Shown here in pieces: positions 6,801-7,298 of a DNA stretch of 7,298 nucleotides. The stretch covers positions 1 through 7,298 of the IMG/VR virus record IMGVR_UViG_2695420372_000001; one strand, written 5' to 3'. The notes under the pieces are model-generated. The model made no database searches. It was not told the DNA's origin and worked only from the letters and a program-made list of their open reading frames with translations. The translations under genes and the position numbers were made by a program. The DNA comes from a virus. Taxonomy: Duplodnaviria > Heunggongvirae > Uroviricota > Caudoviricetes. Position 1 is the first letter of the stretch. Every line of letters begins with the position of its first letter.

Positions 6801-7298
6801 ATGACAGAGACAGAATCAGCGATTCTGGCGCACGCCCGGCGATGTGCGCCAGCGGAGTCGTGCGGCTTCGTGGTGAGAACGCCGGAAGGGGAAAGATATT
6901 TTCCCTGTGTGAATATCTCCGGTGAGCCGGAGGCGTATTTCCGTATGGCTCCGGAGGACTGGCTGCAGGCAGAGATGCAGGGTGAGATTGTGGCGCTGGT
7001 CCACAGTCACCCCGGTGGTCTGCCCTGGCTGAGTGAGGCCGACCGGCGGCTGCAGGTGCAGAGTGATTTGCCGTGGTGGCTGGTCTGCCGGGGGGCGATT
7101 CACAAGTTCCGCTGTGTGCCGCATCTCACCGGGCGGCGCTTTGAGCACGGGGTGACGGACTGTTACACGCTGTTCCGGGATGCTTATCATCTGGCGGGGA
7201 TTGAGATGCCGGATTTTCATCGCGAGGATGACTGGTGGCGTCACGGTCAGAATCTCTATCTGGATAATCTGGAGGCCACAGGGCTGTATCAGGTGCCG
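6801..7298 (+). CDS. K: Tail assembly protein (lambda gpK-like), 3' partial (166 codons, runs off window); JAB/MPN and NlpC/P60 motifs
   Basis: ATG at 6801, frame open to the window end. MTETESAILAHARRCAPAESCGFVV...EIVALVHSHPGGLPWLSEADRRLQVQSDLPWWLVCRG...GVTDCYTLFRDAYHLAGIEMPDFHREDDWWRHGQNLYLDNLEATGLYQVP matches lambda gpK as recalled. Absent from the ORF track only because no stop lies in the window. Confidence 0.92.
   Translation, partial: MTETESAILAHARRCAPAESCGFVVRTPEGERYFPCVNISGEPEAYFRMAPEDWLQAEMQGEIVALVHSHPGGLPWLSEADRRLQVQSDLPWWLVCRGAIHKFRCVPHLTGRRFEHGVTDCYTLFRDAYHLAGIEMPDFHREDDWWRHGQNLYLDNLEATGLYQVP

Noticed and set aside
6725-6925. 66-aa forward ORF spanning the L/K junction
   Set aside because: Out of frame with both L and K and overlaps them. 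The genuine K start is ATG 6801 in another frame, with strong lambda gpK similarity.
1-7298. A novel defence or accessory system, a moron insertion, an RNA gene or a CRISPR array
   Set aside because: Gene order and gene lengths are collinear with the lambda tail module (V 248 vs 246 aa, H 857 vs 853, M 109, L 232). There are no intergenic spaces over ~20 nt, no short repeat-spacer periodicity and no tRNA-like structure. The only unexplained structure is the gap-flanked repeat, which is more plausibly an assembly issue than a new system.

Overview
This window is the tail-morphogenesis module of a lambda-like (lambdoid) siphovirus or prophage, all on the + strand and collinear with phage lambda: U (5' partial), V, G, G-T (via -1 frameshift), H (tape measure), M, L and K (3' partial). 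Calls rest on reading the translations and recognising them as lambda tail proteins from memory; no database search was run. The main anomaly is an 11-nt N run at 4672-4682 flanked by a 1,262-bp direct repeat: the 3' part of H plus the first 59 codons of M occur twice (3410-4671 and 4683-5944) at a constant offset of 1273 with no indels. The last ~673 bp of the two copies appear identical, while the first ~589 bp are diverged. I read this as most likely a scaffold join between contigs from two related prophages, less likely a real partial tandem duplication. I found no cargo genes, defence system, RNA genes, CRISPR array or mobile element: every gene-sized stretch is taken by a recognisable tail gene, and the antisense ORFs look like high-GC artefacts. 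So I see no evidence for a novel system here; the features worth follow-up are the repeat/gap structure and the mosaic tape-measure segment.
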